The notes beneath the pieces are model-generated. The model was not told the origin of the DNA, ran no database searches, and saw only the letters and a list, made by a program, of their open reading frames with translations. The translations under genes were made by a program, and so were the position numbers. Shown here in pieces: positions 24,511 to 43,567 of a DNA stretch of 64,000 bases. Location of the stretch: assembly GCA_009602725.1 (NCBI GenBank), contig WELB01000013.1:126464-190463 (forward strand). The letters run 5' to 3'. The first letter of the stretch is position 1, and each line of letters begins with the position of its first letter. The DNA comes from Spirogloea muscicola (Eukaryota).

Positions 24511-27466
24511 TCACCGAGGAGGGGGAGCGTTCTGAGGGTAGAGCTCGTCCGCTGCAAGCTTGTATACATTGGTGCTGACTGCCGTGAGGCTCACGGCGAC
24601 TGCGAGCACCAGCATACACCAAGCAAGGCCGCGTAGAGGCCGACTCGCCTTCACTTCGACGGCCCTGTCAGGCGCATCAGGCAAGCATCAGGTCCTTAAG
24701 AGAGAGTACATACATCTACAATGCACTGAGGCATGCAGAAGGCCGAATGCAAGAGCACACAGGCAGTCTGTTGAAATGCTCTGCACAAGTCACGGAAAGC
24801 CCCGGTATGAAGTCTAGATCAACACTTTGCATCAATCTGGACTAAAGACCAGACTACGCTTTGAGCAGTGTGGGCAATCCTTCATTTAGCTCACCTGAGA
24901 GTGACTACAGCAGGGAAGATGAAGCCAATGGTGACAGCTGAGGTGGCACCTGTGAACTGAAACGCTACCCAGATGTCCGGCACAAGCAGCGCGCCAAGGA
25001 GGACCGTAGCCATGCAGCAGGCAGTAAGGAGGCAGAAGCGAACTCTGGCTTCAGCGAGAGGCCGGCGAGCTAGCGGGAAGAGGAGGTCGTCCACATTTTC
25101 ACGTAGCGCGAAGTGCAGCAGCGGAAATACGAGCATCACGTGCACCGCATACCCCAGCCGCACGACGTCATCAATGACCTGGCTGTGCAAGCGGCGCCCA
25201 GCACCATCAGCTTGGGGCCCTGGTCACTCTTGGCAACGAGTTGGTCGTACGAAGCATATTATGAGCCAAAATTTGAGGTTGTGTACTAAAATCTTAATGT
25301 TAAGACGTGGGTGGAAAGTGGGGCGTGGATTTGGGTCTATTCTAGGGGTAAGGTGTCAGGGTTAGGTGTGCAGAAAGAAACGCATCAAGCATTTCTGTCA
25401 TGTACCTGTATGGTATGCGGAGGTCCTGGTCAAAGTTAGCGAGCACATCAGCAGCGGTGGCCTCGCCGAAGAGGAGGTAGCCGGCGAGCGCTGTGGAGAG
25501 GTAGACAGCGGTGCAAAGGAGGAGAGACAGGCGCGAGACCCTGGTCATGGCCGCTTCCGTGCGGTCCGCAAGCTCCACGTAGATGGGGTGCACTGCGTGT
25601 CGCTATCGCTGCGGCGTTAGCTTCCGGTCTTGCAAGCGCTGGGGCTGCCGTCGGCATTGAGCGCGCATGTTGTTGAGGATGGACAGGAGGTGTGCATCAC
25701 CATTGAAGTGGCAGATGAAGGCATTGGACATCACCTGCCAGATGGGGCATTCCACAGGCAAGCGCTTGACAGCCATCAGCACGTCTGTGCGCTTGATAAG
25801 GGGCTTGCAAGATAAGCAAACAGCGGCCAGCAGCGGTTCCATGGCACAGGTTTGTGAACAACCTTGCGGCCGGTGCCACGTGAGAAGGTGGCGTGCATGC
25901 AATTGGTATGCAAGGTACAAGGAGTCACTTGGGCTGGAGCGCTCACGGGGATGATGCTGCAGAGCTGCAGGATGGCCGCGCCAGAGCTGACATCGGGCTT
26001 GAGGTGAGGCGCGTCGACCGCACCCTCCGCCAGCCGCACGACCGCCACAGCGACCGTGATGGCAACAAAGACCATGGCGAGCGCAATAGAGAGCGCCGAC
26101 GTGAACTTGAGCGAGTCTGAGGTGACATGACACACAACCGCCACAGGGCTGGCACGTCAGTGCCGCATTAGGGTTCAGAGTTTAGGCTTAGAGGTTTGGA
26201 GGTTTAGGTTGAAGGGTTTAGGCAAATGGATTTCTTGGCAAGAGGTCATCCACCAATTGTACGCGAATCCGAAAGCCAACATATGTCTACAGTAACCAAC
26301 TTACTTTCGAGGCTTGCCTGCTCTGCAGATGGTCAGGTTTGCAAATGCATACATTGGTAGAAGCCACAGATCAAGCTAAGGTGGGAGTCGCAGATTTGGC
26401 AGTACCCATGCGGTCCTGGGCAACAAGAGGCGCGAGCACGAGCGCCGCAGTGGCGAGCAGCACGGGGCCGCGCCGCGTCCACCAGGCCGGCCCGTCGGCC
26501 CACTCCTCCAGCAGGCCCGTGTGCCGCGGCGGCGCGCCGGCGCCGACCTCGGCCACCGTGCCCGACAGCACGTCGCCTGCCAGGCGTGGAGCAGCGCCGA
26601 GCTTCATCCCTAGTTTCTGTAGATCAAAGCCTTCAATTTAGACCTTCATGCATTGGTCCTCAGGCCTGCAGCGCGCACCGATGATGATGAGGTAGACCAT
26701 GAGGATGCCGACGTTGTTGACAGCGACGCAGAGCTGCAGCACGACGCGCGCGCGGCGCCCGCACGTCGCCTCCACCAGCGCGCCGTACGACCACGCCTGG
26801 GTTGCCACCGATGACAGTTGGAGGGCCTTCAGGTGCCGCCGGCTGCGGCCTTGGCGACGCAGACCAGCCACGATGTGGGCAGCGACCACATGGCGTGCTT
26901 GCGGACCTTGATGGGCGTGGAGGCGCGCAGCATCATCTCGATGGACGCCAGCGACAGGACGCCCATGACGGCGATGATCGCGAGGCCCAGCGGCAGGCCG
27001 AGGACCTGCGGCGCCGCAAGGAACAGGAACAAGGATCACAACCTTGCAGAAGCGAATTGTGGGCTTTCTCACTATCGTCGGTGGTAACAGTGAAGCAACA
27101 AGATAAGTTGTGGTTAAGTTGGCGGTGAGTTGGGCTGGTCTGCGCCGCAGGAACAGGAACAAGGAGCAGATCACGAGCTTGCAGAAGCAGATAGTCGTGG
27201 TTTTCTCACTATCGTTGGAGGTAACAGTAGAGCAACAAAGATAACTTGTGACTAAGTTGGCAGTGAGTTGGGCTGGCCGGTGGCGCTCGGCGCATGCCTT
27301 CATCGTGGCGGGCAGCGCCATGATGCCGGCGCCGACGATAGTCGTGGAGAGGTTGAGCACGGCGCCGGTGGCCGTCGCGCCGGCGAAGCCGCCATGGCCG
27401 CCGCCGCTACCGCCGTCTGCGGCGGCGGCCTTGGCGGCGGGCAGCGAGAAGGCTGCGGGGAGGAGT
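24511..27466 (-). CDS. AVT6: Amino acid transporter, AAAP/SLC38 (AVT6-like); 5' end lost at the single-N join
   Basis: GAVLNLSTTIVGAGIMALPATMK, LQLCVAVNNVGILMVYLIIIG-DVLSG, DSLKFTSALSIALA, VMSNAFICHFN-VHPIYVEL, GYLLFGEATAADVLANFD, VRLGYAVHVMLVFP and FQFTGATSAVTIGFIFP. Confidence 0.93.
27009..27276. repeat. Two-copy ~133-bp diverged tandem duplication filling an intron of the AVT6-like gene
   Basis: The unit gcgccgc(a)aggaacaggaacaagga...cttgcagaagc...ttctcactatcgt...gtaacagt...taagttggc(g/a)gtgagttgggctgg occurs at ~27011-27138 and ~27142-27276. Confidence 0.85.
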
Positions 27467-27467
27467 N

Positions 27468-29298
27468 CCTTGCTGCTTGATCGGCTTGTTGGCCATGGCG
27501 CCAATCAAGTCTGCGGCAAGGATGGACGTTGAGCCACCAGATCCATCATCATCCTGTGCACCATCATCCCCATCCTCATCGACATCGTCATCCTCCTCCT
27601 CATTGTCCTGCTCACGCTCCTCGTCGCCGTCCATGCAGGCCTCGTTGCGACCTGCCCCCGAGGTGGACGGCCTCTCATCGGGCGAGGGTGAGGACGTCGG
27701 CGTCGGCGAGTGTGACTGTGGGCTCTCCTTGCGCAGGTCCTCCCCAACAATCGCCTCCCCTGTTGGCAAATCCTGCGGTATGTCCTCGCCCATGAATCCA
27801 GACATGCCGCTGCCGCTGCCACTGCCGCTTGACTGCGCACGGATGGACATCCCAGCAATTTCAACAGAGTCAAGCCAAGCGCCTGATGTGCTAGATCTTG
27901 CACTGAGGACAAGATCTTCCGCAGCATGTTCGCAACAGCAGATGTGCCTGCAGCAGCAATGGAGAACTCACGCTGTTGCACTTGCGCCACACATGCTGCC
28001 AGAGGTTCTTGAGCTCGTTCTTGCGGACGGGCTTCACGAGAAAATCGGATGCGCCCTTCTGCAGGCACTTGAGCACCATGTCGATGGAGTCCAGCGACGA
28101 CATCACTGCGCGAGTGGGCAGCCAGAGGATTGTCTCACTGTTAGGGACAGGACTAGTAGTGCAGATGACGGAGTGATGCGATGCACTGCCACCATGATGG
28201 TGGCACAATGTCCGATAACCTGCCTGAGTAATGTGGATGGCAACGAAGCAAGTTAGGGGAGGAGTGAGTAGCAGAGGGAAAGCGCGGCTTACTGATCACG
28301 GGCAAGCGGCGAGAGATGTCAAGCTGCATGATCTTGGTGAGCAGCGCAATGCCGCTCAGGCCGGGCATCACGACGTCCGTGAGCACCAGGTCGAACCAGT
28401 TGTTCCGGTCCTCCAGGAGCTCCAGCGCCTGCTGCCCGTTGGACGCTGGGATTACTGCAATGCAGGTGACTCTGCTTGCGTCAGCCCTGGACGTCCATAC
28501 CAGAGTAGCAGTAGGGAGCCCAGAGCCACAGTGTCTTAATTGCCAACAGCAAGCCTGACCCTTAGCAGTACGTCCTACCTGAAGTCTATAAGTCCGTTAC
28601 GTGTTCCCATTCCATAATCTCTGGCTGTCTGTTACTGTGATACAATGAATGGCAGCCAGGCAGGAGGTATGCCAGATACACAGATACACAGATACACACC
28701 AGGAGGTGATGGTGGAAGAGTTGCTAGATAGGCAAAGGCAAAGGCTAAGTTGGGCAAAGTTACGGTGGCTGCAGCCCTCACCTTCGTAGTTGCAGTTTCT
28801 CAGGAGCGCACAGACGACATGCCGTGTGGAGTCATCGTCCTCCACGAGCAGCACCTTGAGGTGGCGCTGCGGCAGGAAGGTCTCCCAGCACACCTGCGGC
28901 CCGGCCTCCACGACTGCGCCGCCTTCGTCGCTCTCCGAGTCCATTCCGCGACCGCGGCAGCCACTGCTGGTGCTGTCGCTCTCCGCTGCGCCCGCCGCCG
29001 CCGCAGAACCGGCCGGATACTTGGCGTCGAGCTCCCGGCGCACTAGCTCCAATGCCGCCTCGTCCTCCTCGTCGCCGCGCCGGATGAGCGCAATCTTGCC
29101 GAAGACGCCGTGCACGACCTCCGCAGCCCGCTGCGGCTTGGCCAGGGCGTTGGCGCCGGTGGCCGTGGCGGCGGGGCAGGCGCCGGCCTCGCGCTTCATG
29201 GGCTTGGCGGCGAAGGGCTGCAGCGTCCTGGCTCGCTCGCGCGGGCTCTGCTTGTCAGCGGACGCGTCCCCCATGGTGGCGACCTCGGTGCTCCTCAT
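27468..29298 (-). CDS. PRR: Pseudo-response regulator (circadian PRR-like), N-terminal half only; the CCT-containing half is lost at the single-N join and the start is uncertain
   Basis: [53 protein letters not shown]...[23 protein letters not shown]...[58 protein letters not shown], followed by an acidic region and ADLIGAMA. Confidence 0.93.
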
Positions 29299-30341
29299 GA
29301 CCGGCGACGTCACAAGGATGCCAGCGTCGTCGGTAACGGCGGCGCTGCCCAGCCTGCCGAGCTACGGCGGCGGCGCCGCTCCTGCGCCAGCGAAGGAGGC
29401 GGCCAAGAGATCCCGGCCTGCATCGCACGGCCCTGCCGAGCCCCCGAGCACGGCCTGGCCCTGCGATGGCCCCCGCTCAAGGCGGCGTGGCGGCTCTCAG
29501 AGCCAGGCCAGAAGCGCTGCGGCGAGAACGGCGCCCTCGGCGGCGGCGGAGGCGGCGGCGGCGGAGGCGGCGGCGGCGGCGGCGGCGGCGCAAGGGGCTC
29601 TGGCGTAGGATTAGGGTTAGGGTTGAGGCCTGCGATGGTCAGCCACGGGGTGGTAGGTCTTTCGACGTCGCAGGGCGACGCCGTCGCCCGCAACATGCGA
29701 CAGAGTCGCACGGGCAGCGGCGTCGCAGGAGAGTTTGTCCCCGGCCCTTGCCCTGCGGTCAACGCAAGTCAGACCGCGGTCAGCGGCGCCCAACTGTGAA
29801 CCTCAGGACCAGTTGTAAGCAGGGCCCCCGGCTTCCCGAGCCACCAGCTCCCCCAACTTCCAATGAGACCAATGAGTGACATCAGATCCCATCAACCTAG
29901 CGTAACTTCTCGGGCTGGCTTCACGCAGCCGCTGCCCCCTTGACAAACTCTGTTCAGTCTCTTCCTGGGCTGGCCGAGCCATCGCCCTCTGCCTTCACTG
30001 GAAGAGTCTCTCTCCAGGAGAGCCTCTTTCCTCATCAGCGGAGCCCGCAGCAGTGGTGGCTTGCCGTGCTTTGCTCACGAGGGGCATGCCTGCGCCGCTC
30101 CTTCGCAGGGGTTGCCTGCGGCCCAATGAAAGCACGGGGCGGCCTCCTCGGCCATTGCCTGATGACTCACTGTGCAACAGTGGGGCAATGTGAACACTGG
30201 GGCACAATGTGGGGCCCACAGGATGGTTGCCACCATATCGCACAACGGGGAAACAATGTAGTGTGATTTGTACAGAGTCTGCCGGGTGGAACACCCATTT
30301 AGCCTTCGCGGAGGAGCTCTGACGAGTGCCGGCAAGCGTCA

Positions 30342-37000
<6,659 letters not shown>

Positions 37001-37055
37001 GGCGGCGCGCCTCCCCGCCGAGCACGGCCTGCGGAGACGCACTCTCGTGTCAGGT

Positions 37056-37121
37056 CTTAGGGTTTAGGGTTTCCATTGAGGGGGTTTTAGGGTTTTGGAG
37101 TGTTAAGGCTTAGGGTTTAGT
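37056..37121 (+). repeat. Degenerate TTTAGGG (telo-box-like) array in the ISA1 / HO-like divergent intergenic region
   Basis: ttagggtttagggtttcc...ttttagggttttgg...cttagggtttag. Confidence 0.7.
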
Positions 37122-37195
37122 AGAGCCTCTGAGGCCCCACCAAGGCCGCCGCACCAGCAATGCCGGACTTCTCAGTGTTACAGTCCCACAGCGGA

Positions 37196-37320
37196 AAGCT
37201 CAACAGCACTTAGGGACTTAAGTCTGTGCGGTTAGTGTTGGGGATCAGGGTCAGTATCACAAGCTTAACAGCACTTATGGGCTTAAGTCTGTACGGTTAG
37301 TGTCGGGTTTCAGGGTCAGG
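37196..37320 (+). repeat. Two-copy ~65-bp tandem repeat
   Basis: aagctcaacagcacttagggacttaagtctgtgcggttagtgttggggatcagggtcag versus aagcttaacagcacttatgggcttaagtctgtacggttagtgtcgggtttcagggtcag. Confidence 0.85.
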
Positions 37321-37667
37321 GCAGGGGCTTAGGGCCTGCCCTTGGCGAAGTCCAGACTTCATGCACCATCGATGGGCAGCAACTCGACCATCCGCCACTG
37401 ACCACGGCTCCGAGTCCGAGGTCGCTCGCCTCGCAGAATCGTGCTGGTCATCCTCCTCTTGCCGGTTTCAGTAGCACGATTTCACCTTTCCTTTCCTGCT
37501 CTGGGATCTGAAGCATATTTGTTGGCAATATTTGGATGTGTAGCGAGTGCAATCAGCTGCTTATATTTTATAAGTTTTTGTCAAGATGATGTGTTCGGCC
37601 TGCCGCTTTGTGGGCTGGCAGCCTCTATGGGCTGCTGATGCTGGGCATGCCAACCTGTTGATCACAG

Positions 37668-40401
37668 GGCTTTGGAAAGGCCGCCCCGCCGGTGGCAAAG
37701 GGCGGGAGGAAGGCCGCCGGCAAGAAGCAGCCGCCGCAGCCGGCCTCTGCGGCGGAGTCGCGCGAGCTCCGGCGCGTCCTCAAGCAGGTCGAGGAGGTGC
37801 GGCCGGTCTCCTCTTGGTGTCCCGCAAACAATGATCAGAAATCCACGTTCGCATCTTTGAAGCATCCATCCTGAGCCCATAAGGCCTGCAGCATGATGCT
37901 GAATCATGTGCTTGGTGACACGGTGCCCGACACTATCTGAAAGGCCCTCGCCAGCAGAGAGCTATGCAAGTACAAGTTGATAACACTCTTTCTTTGGGCT
38001 CTTGGCTTTAAGACTCGAGTTCATTGTGGAGCCAAGGCAGCACCGTGCTTGTAGAAACATCGTAATCTCAGCTATCAGTATTGAGTGTTGCCGCTCTGAG
38101 GCTCACTTCTGGTTGCGTCTTCTTGATGGCCTAAGAAGAGGACTCTGGCCGGTCGTCCCATGCGCAGCAAGAGGAAGTGGACAGCCGGCCTGAGGTGCGC
38201 CCACAATCGACAGAGGGCGGCAAGGTCGACTTTGCGCGGGTGAGCGCGTGGGGCCCTGGCACTGGTGGCGATGCGGAGCTGGAGTCGCTGCGTGTGCGGA
38301 GCTTCAGTGAGAGCTACAGCGCCAAGGACGAGGCAGCGAGTGGCAGCGGCAAGTTCTATGATGCACTCGTTGGCCGCATCCAGCTTTTGGACTCCAAGGT
38401 TTGCCGGACGATTCGAGATTGATCGAAGTCATCATCATATGAATCATGAAGTGACAAGAGACTGTTCATGAGTCCCCATCTAATAGGGGGTTATCGAAAT
38501 CACTCCATGGTGTTGTTTGATTGTTGTACGTGTTTTAAAGTAGCTGATGCTACGTCTTCACATGCCAGGGCGACCTCGCAGTGGCGAGTGCGAAACCGCT
38601 CCCTCCCTTTGAGCGTTGGAGCTTCAAGGAGGAGCACTACCTGCAGTTCCTCGCGGACCAGGTTGCTGTCTACTAGCTTAGGTTGACAGGAGCTGCTTGC
38701 AGTTGTTGGTGGTCAAGCATTTGTCAAGCTCGTTGCGAGTAGCTAATTAGCATAGCTAGACTTCTCTGGCCTTAGGCCTCTTCTCTGACAGCTTGCCTTA
38801 GGCCTCCTGCCAGGGTGCTACAGCGTCCACATAGTAAGACTCTCGACAAATGTGGTTAATATCTTCTGGATGTCGCTGCATAATGTCATGCAGGCTGCTG
38901 TGCATGCAGGGTTGGAGGATGCAGTTGCGGCCATAGTCGAGGGAGACAAAGCAGGCGGCGCAGGACCAGCAAGTGTTGTGGTCGAAGATGGCAGCGGAGA
39001 TAGGCGTGAGGATTGGAGCAGCTTCGCAGCCGTGGCTACCTTCCACAGCGGGCTTGGCTTGAGAAGGGCGCAAGTACGTCTTGTCTTCGAAGTGTACGGC
39101 TCTGGTCGGTTTGTGCATTTTACATCAAGTACGTCTCACATCCTAAATTGCTGCAATCAGACTTCTCACGAGGCCTCAAACCCAAGTCCTGTATGCAGGC
39201 GGTACAGTCAGACATGCAGAAGCTTGCTTCCCTGAAGAACGGGGACAGTGGGGTGCACCTACCTGCTGCCACGACCCAGGCGACATCGTATGCCAAGGTG
39301 GCTTGCTGGACGCTGTTGCTTGATGTGTGGCCTCAACGTGTATTTATCGTGCTGCTCTGGCTTTTGTGCTGATCATGTCCTTCATTTGCATCTCTAATCT
39401 CTGACAGAGAAGCACCCATCTTCTCATGCAGTATATAAGGCAGCTGGGCAGGGATGGCATGCGTAAAGCAGAGCCAGCAGGATGGCGTCAGTCCCGCCAC
39501 CAGCTACTGGCCCACATCTTCGCTGTCCATGTTGCGCACCTCACAACAGGTGCTGGGAGCATATTCACTCCATTCTCTGCAGGAGTTGCTAGGTTAAGAA
39601 CACATGCTAATCCCCACATTGCTTGAACTTTTGACAGCAGTGAATTCATGGTTTGCGCGATTGCCTCAGAACTGGCGCCTTGGCACGTGCCTGAGCAAAG
39701 TGCAACTCCTGGCAAAGTGTAGGCATGCGCGTGGGAGCTCGAGCTATCGGGAGCCTGCCCAGGCTGGTGCAAGCCAAAGCGGTGTCCTTCTACCGCGACT
39801 ACCCAGCTGTACGTGGCCAGGAACCCCTTCCTTGTGATGAAGGATGAATCCACTGCTCAGCTGATCTGGGAGATTGTTGACTGTATGGTGTAATGTGCAA
39901 AGAGCCCCTACATTGCCGCTTTCTATTCCCTCTTGTTGACTGACTGGTTTACTGCATTGGGGGGACTGCTGACTTAGTGAGTGAGAGAATCCTGAAGGTA
40001 TGCCTTTGTTGTGACCAGAATGCAAGCAATCCCTTGAAGGTGTTCACGGAGGCTGTCAATGAAGCGGGGCTGCTCATTGGATCTGAAGACGGCAAGGAAG
40101 AGGTGCATCCACTCCCTAAGACCTGCTAGGTGTAGACAACGGCCGCACCAGACGCAACTCCTACTCCACTTTTCAACCAATGCTGAAAATGTTACATTGG
40201 AGCTGACGGCAACCTCTTGTCAATGCATACTTGTGCTTGCCAAGCAGATGCGCTCGTCATTTTGTTGCCGGCTCTAGCCATTGTGGAATCATAACCCGCT
40301 GCTGCAACATGCAGGTGATGCAGGAGCTCCCAAAGGCCATCCAGAGAACCAGCCTGCTCCTCGCGCCTCTCGCTGTCGAGGAGGAGACGCTGCAGCACTG
40401 A
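37668..40401 (+). CDS. Divergent plant-type heme oxygenase-like protein (probable pseudo-enzyme); first exon uncertain
   Basis: The spliced product aligns by eye with plant HO1 as recalled: FYDALVGRIQLLDSK / PPFERWSFKEEHYLQFLADQAAVHAGLE / FHSGLGLRRAQAVQSDM / ATSYAKYIRQL / LLAHIFAVHVAHLTTGMRVGARA / VSFYRDY / VFTEAVNEAG / VMQELPKAIQRTSLLL. All junctions are in-frame GT-AG and the stop is TGA 40399-40401. Confidence 0.75.
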
Positions 40402-41018
40402 GTCAGCAGGACTTTGCCGCTGGCTGTCACTGTGACAATGCATCGGCTGTTTCTGGAGCAACTGGAGGTTTTTGTCTCTTGAGCAACAGGAGAATCCCGC
40501 CTTGCAGTAGCTGCCATGGGCTGTGGGCATATGCTTACATGAGCCTTTGTGGCGGTAACCCCGCATAGCTGGCCAAAGTGCTTTCACTTGTCAAGAGATT
40601 GTGTCCTCTTAAAGGATCAGGGCTAACTTCAACTGCAGCAATGTGCACAGCCCGGCTTCTTTCGCGATATACTTGGCTGAAATCCACAGCGCAGTTGCCG
40701 TGTAACTCAGTGCAGCCAAATCTCAAATCACAGCTGGGGTTTTGTGTTGCAGCTCAAGACTTCCGTGCACCTTCTGTTTGATGGTGCCTTCTGAGAGTGA
40801 TGCCATTAGGCAGGAGTTTCCTTGACCTTAATCTGGAGATCCAGCTGCAGCTTTGCGAATCAGCTTAGCCTGTGTGTGACCTCTTCCCACTTGAGTGGAG
40901 TTGCACAAGACAATATACTAAGCCCCAGCTCTGTCAGCAGCAACCTCACGATGCAGCGCGCTTCAAACGACTGCTGAGAATCAAATACGAATGGAGGGCA
41001 ATTGAGGGTGCCCTTGTG

Positions 41019-43567
41019 TCAAGAGGCTGTGGACTCTAGCAGGATGTTGGTAGCCACATTCAGATCGTTCCGGGCCTGTGCTAGGGCCCGCAACGCCAAG
41101 TCCCGAGGGAAGCCCATGGCCTCAAGCGTAGCCAAAGCCTCTGCAGAGGGTGGGGGAGGGGGTGCCAGCGGCGGCGCGGACGCTGCCAGCCGACCCTGCA
41201 CGTAGTCCAACCCTTGCATTTGTTAGGGCAAATATTGTGATTGTCCTCTCGACGCAATTGAAAACCTGTAGACACCAGTGCTGCCAGACGTAGCATCAGC
41301 TAGTGCAAGGTCCACTTACCTCGGTCATGGGTCTGCCACGTGGAAGAAGTGGACCTTGCACTAGCTGATGCTACGTCTGCTTCCATGGTGCAATAGGCAG
41401 CGCACTGCCTATGAGTAGGGGAAGCTGGCCTCACGGCATAATGTGGTTGGACAGCAGCTGCAGGCGCACCGCCAATCAGCTGGTCCTGGAAGCCCTGCAG
41501 GTCACGCCCAAAAGGAGAAGGGAAGCCAGGAGTCAACCCAAAGCCATTTGTGCATGTCAGATTTGGTGAAGAGATGGTGTGAACGCCAGGGCTTCCTCCT
41601 TGTTTTCTGTGTCTGAAGGACATAGAACCTGCAGGTGACGATGAGCTTCACCTGCCCTGGCCCGGAATTTGCGGCGACTCCTGGTGGAGGCGGCCGATGT
41701 GGTCGATGCAAGGGTGAATGCAGGGGCTGCGAGATGACTGGTGCAAAGAGCCGCGCAGCCGCTATGGCTACCAGCTCTGGAAACTGAAGCACGGCACAAA
41801 CAGGGAGGGAGTTGGTTATTAGGTACTTGATGTGGGCGCTCGATATAGAGAAGTCATCTTCTCCCACACCCATACTGGAGATCAACAGGCCTCCGCCACC
41901 TCTTTGTGTTGAACATAAAGTAACACAATATGCTCAAGATAATTATCTTGCAAAAGATGCAGTGGAATGGCAGGATTCACCTGTACTTGCTTGATCCTGA
42001 GGAAATTGCTTCTGTACACAGCTCCAGCTAAAAGCCCGCAGAGTCCGGGGATGATGGATCGCTTGTACGAGGAGAGGAGGACCTGAGGGCTAGCAGGTAC
42101 AAAGGTTGAGCAACAATGATTCTGGCAAGAAATCTTAGACCGACAAACTCTGCATGGTTCTTTGATTGTCAGCGTAGCCTCAACAGAAACAAAGCAGCAG
42201 ACCTGCAGCCCGCCAAGGTAGACAAAGGACTTGTCAGAAAACTGGGCGCCAAAAATGGTGAAGCGCGTCGAGACCGGGATGTCAAAGAAGAAGGGCACGA
42301 AGGACGCAAACAGGAGGCCGTAGGGGCCAGGGGCAATGGTCAGCTCGGACTCAGGATCTGCAGGGCAGCATCCAAGCCAAGTACGCTAGCTATTAAACTG
42401 ACAGAAAGCAGAGTCCTTATGTTCACTTCAGTCCTGCTCCAACTCCTTACTTCACCAGCTGCTATTTGGTGACCAACCCAAGCGCCTGCAGCAAAGCCCT
42501 GCAACTCAAAGTCCATAGAGAAGGCCTGATCCTTGAGTGCCGGGCTGAGCAAGCTCTATTGGACAGACCTCTGAGCAGAGTAAGGGCCAGGAGCTCGAGC
42601 AGGGTGCTGAGGACGGTGGCAAAGATGGTGAACACCTGGAACATGAGCCCGTGACTCAACAGTTTGAGAGATGCTGGTAAGTACAGACTTTGGCAATATT
42701 GTAAGGTCGGTCCAATTGACTGAACCTGACTCCCCACAACGGGAAGCACCGCCACGTGCATGCCAACAAGCATCCATTGCCAGTTTGGAGCTCAGCCACA
42801 GCAGACAGCACTGGCAACAAGTCCGAGGGTGCCCGCTCCTCACCGCGTACTTATTAGACCCGAGCTGGCGCTCAAACACGCGAAAGAAGTAGACGAGGTA
42901 GAGGCCGACGAGGGTCTCAGGTGTGGAGGAGAAGACCAGGCTGGCTGCTGGGAGCCGCCAGAGCTCCTTCCGGACGAAGATGGCCTGCGGCAGAGCTTGT
43001 CGAGTGGCTTCGTGTCAGGAGAACCCCGAGCAGGGGCTAGGCTTCCATTCAGAAGGTATCGCATCCTTTGGTCTCATTGACAACCCTGGCACATCGCACA
43101 CGACGTGACTGCGCGCTTGCAGGCGCATTCCTGTGCCATCGGGGGGCCTGTCACAGGACCTCAGGACCGTCTGCCCATGTAGGACCTGGCGTGAAGACCG
43201 CAAGGAAGCTGCAGAAGCTAGTGCTTCTGAAGGCCAACAGTCGAGCCGGCTCTGGAGCCTGCCGTGAGTGCCTCTGGCTGCGACGAAGCTCGAAGCTCGG
43301 AACTGCCTCGCGGGAGCGGCCTGCTGCTCCGCGACGGGATGGCCCTCGGAGCCAGCGAAGCTGACCTTGTACGAGAGGCCGCAGAGCTTGGCGGCGCCCC
43401 GCGAGCCCGCCAGCAGGGAGAGCACGCCGGACGCGATCACCACAACCTTCGTGACCGGCGCGTTGACTGCGAGCGCCACGGCGCAGCTCGACGACGGCCG
43501 TCAGCGCCGCCGCCAGAGTAGGCCTCGCGCGCGCGGAGCGCCGGCGACGGCCTCCCGCCGAGCGGCC
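41019..43567 (-). CDS. Rhomboid-like (inactive) membrane protein with C-terminal UBA domain (UBAC2 / plant RBL18-20-like); first exon probably lost at the single-N join
   Basis: [86 protein letters not shown], and the UBA motif [31 protein letters not shown]. Confidence 0.88.

Noticed and set aside
26638..27850. PRR-amino acid transporter fusion protein
   Set aside because: The junction coincides exactly with the single N at 27467, so it is treated as an assembly join.
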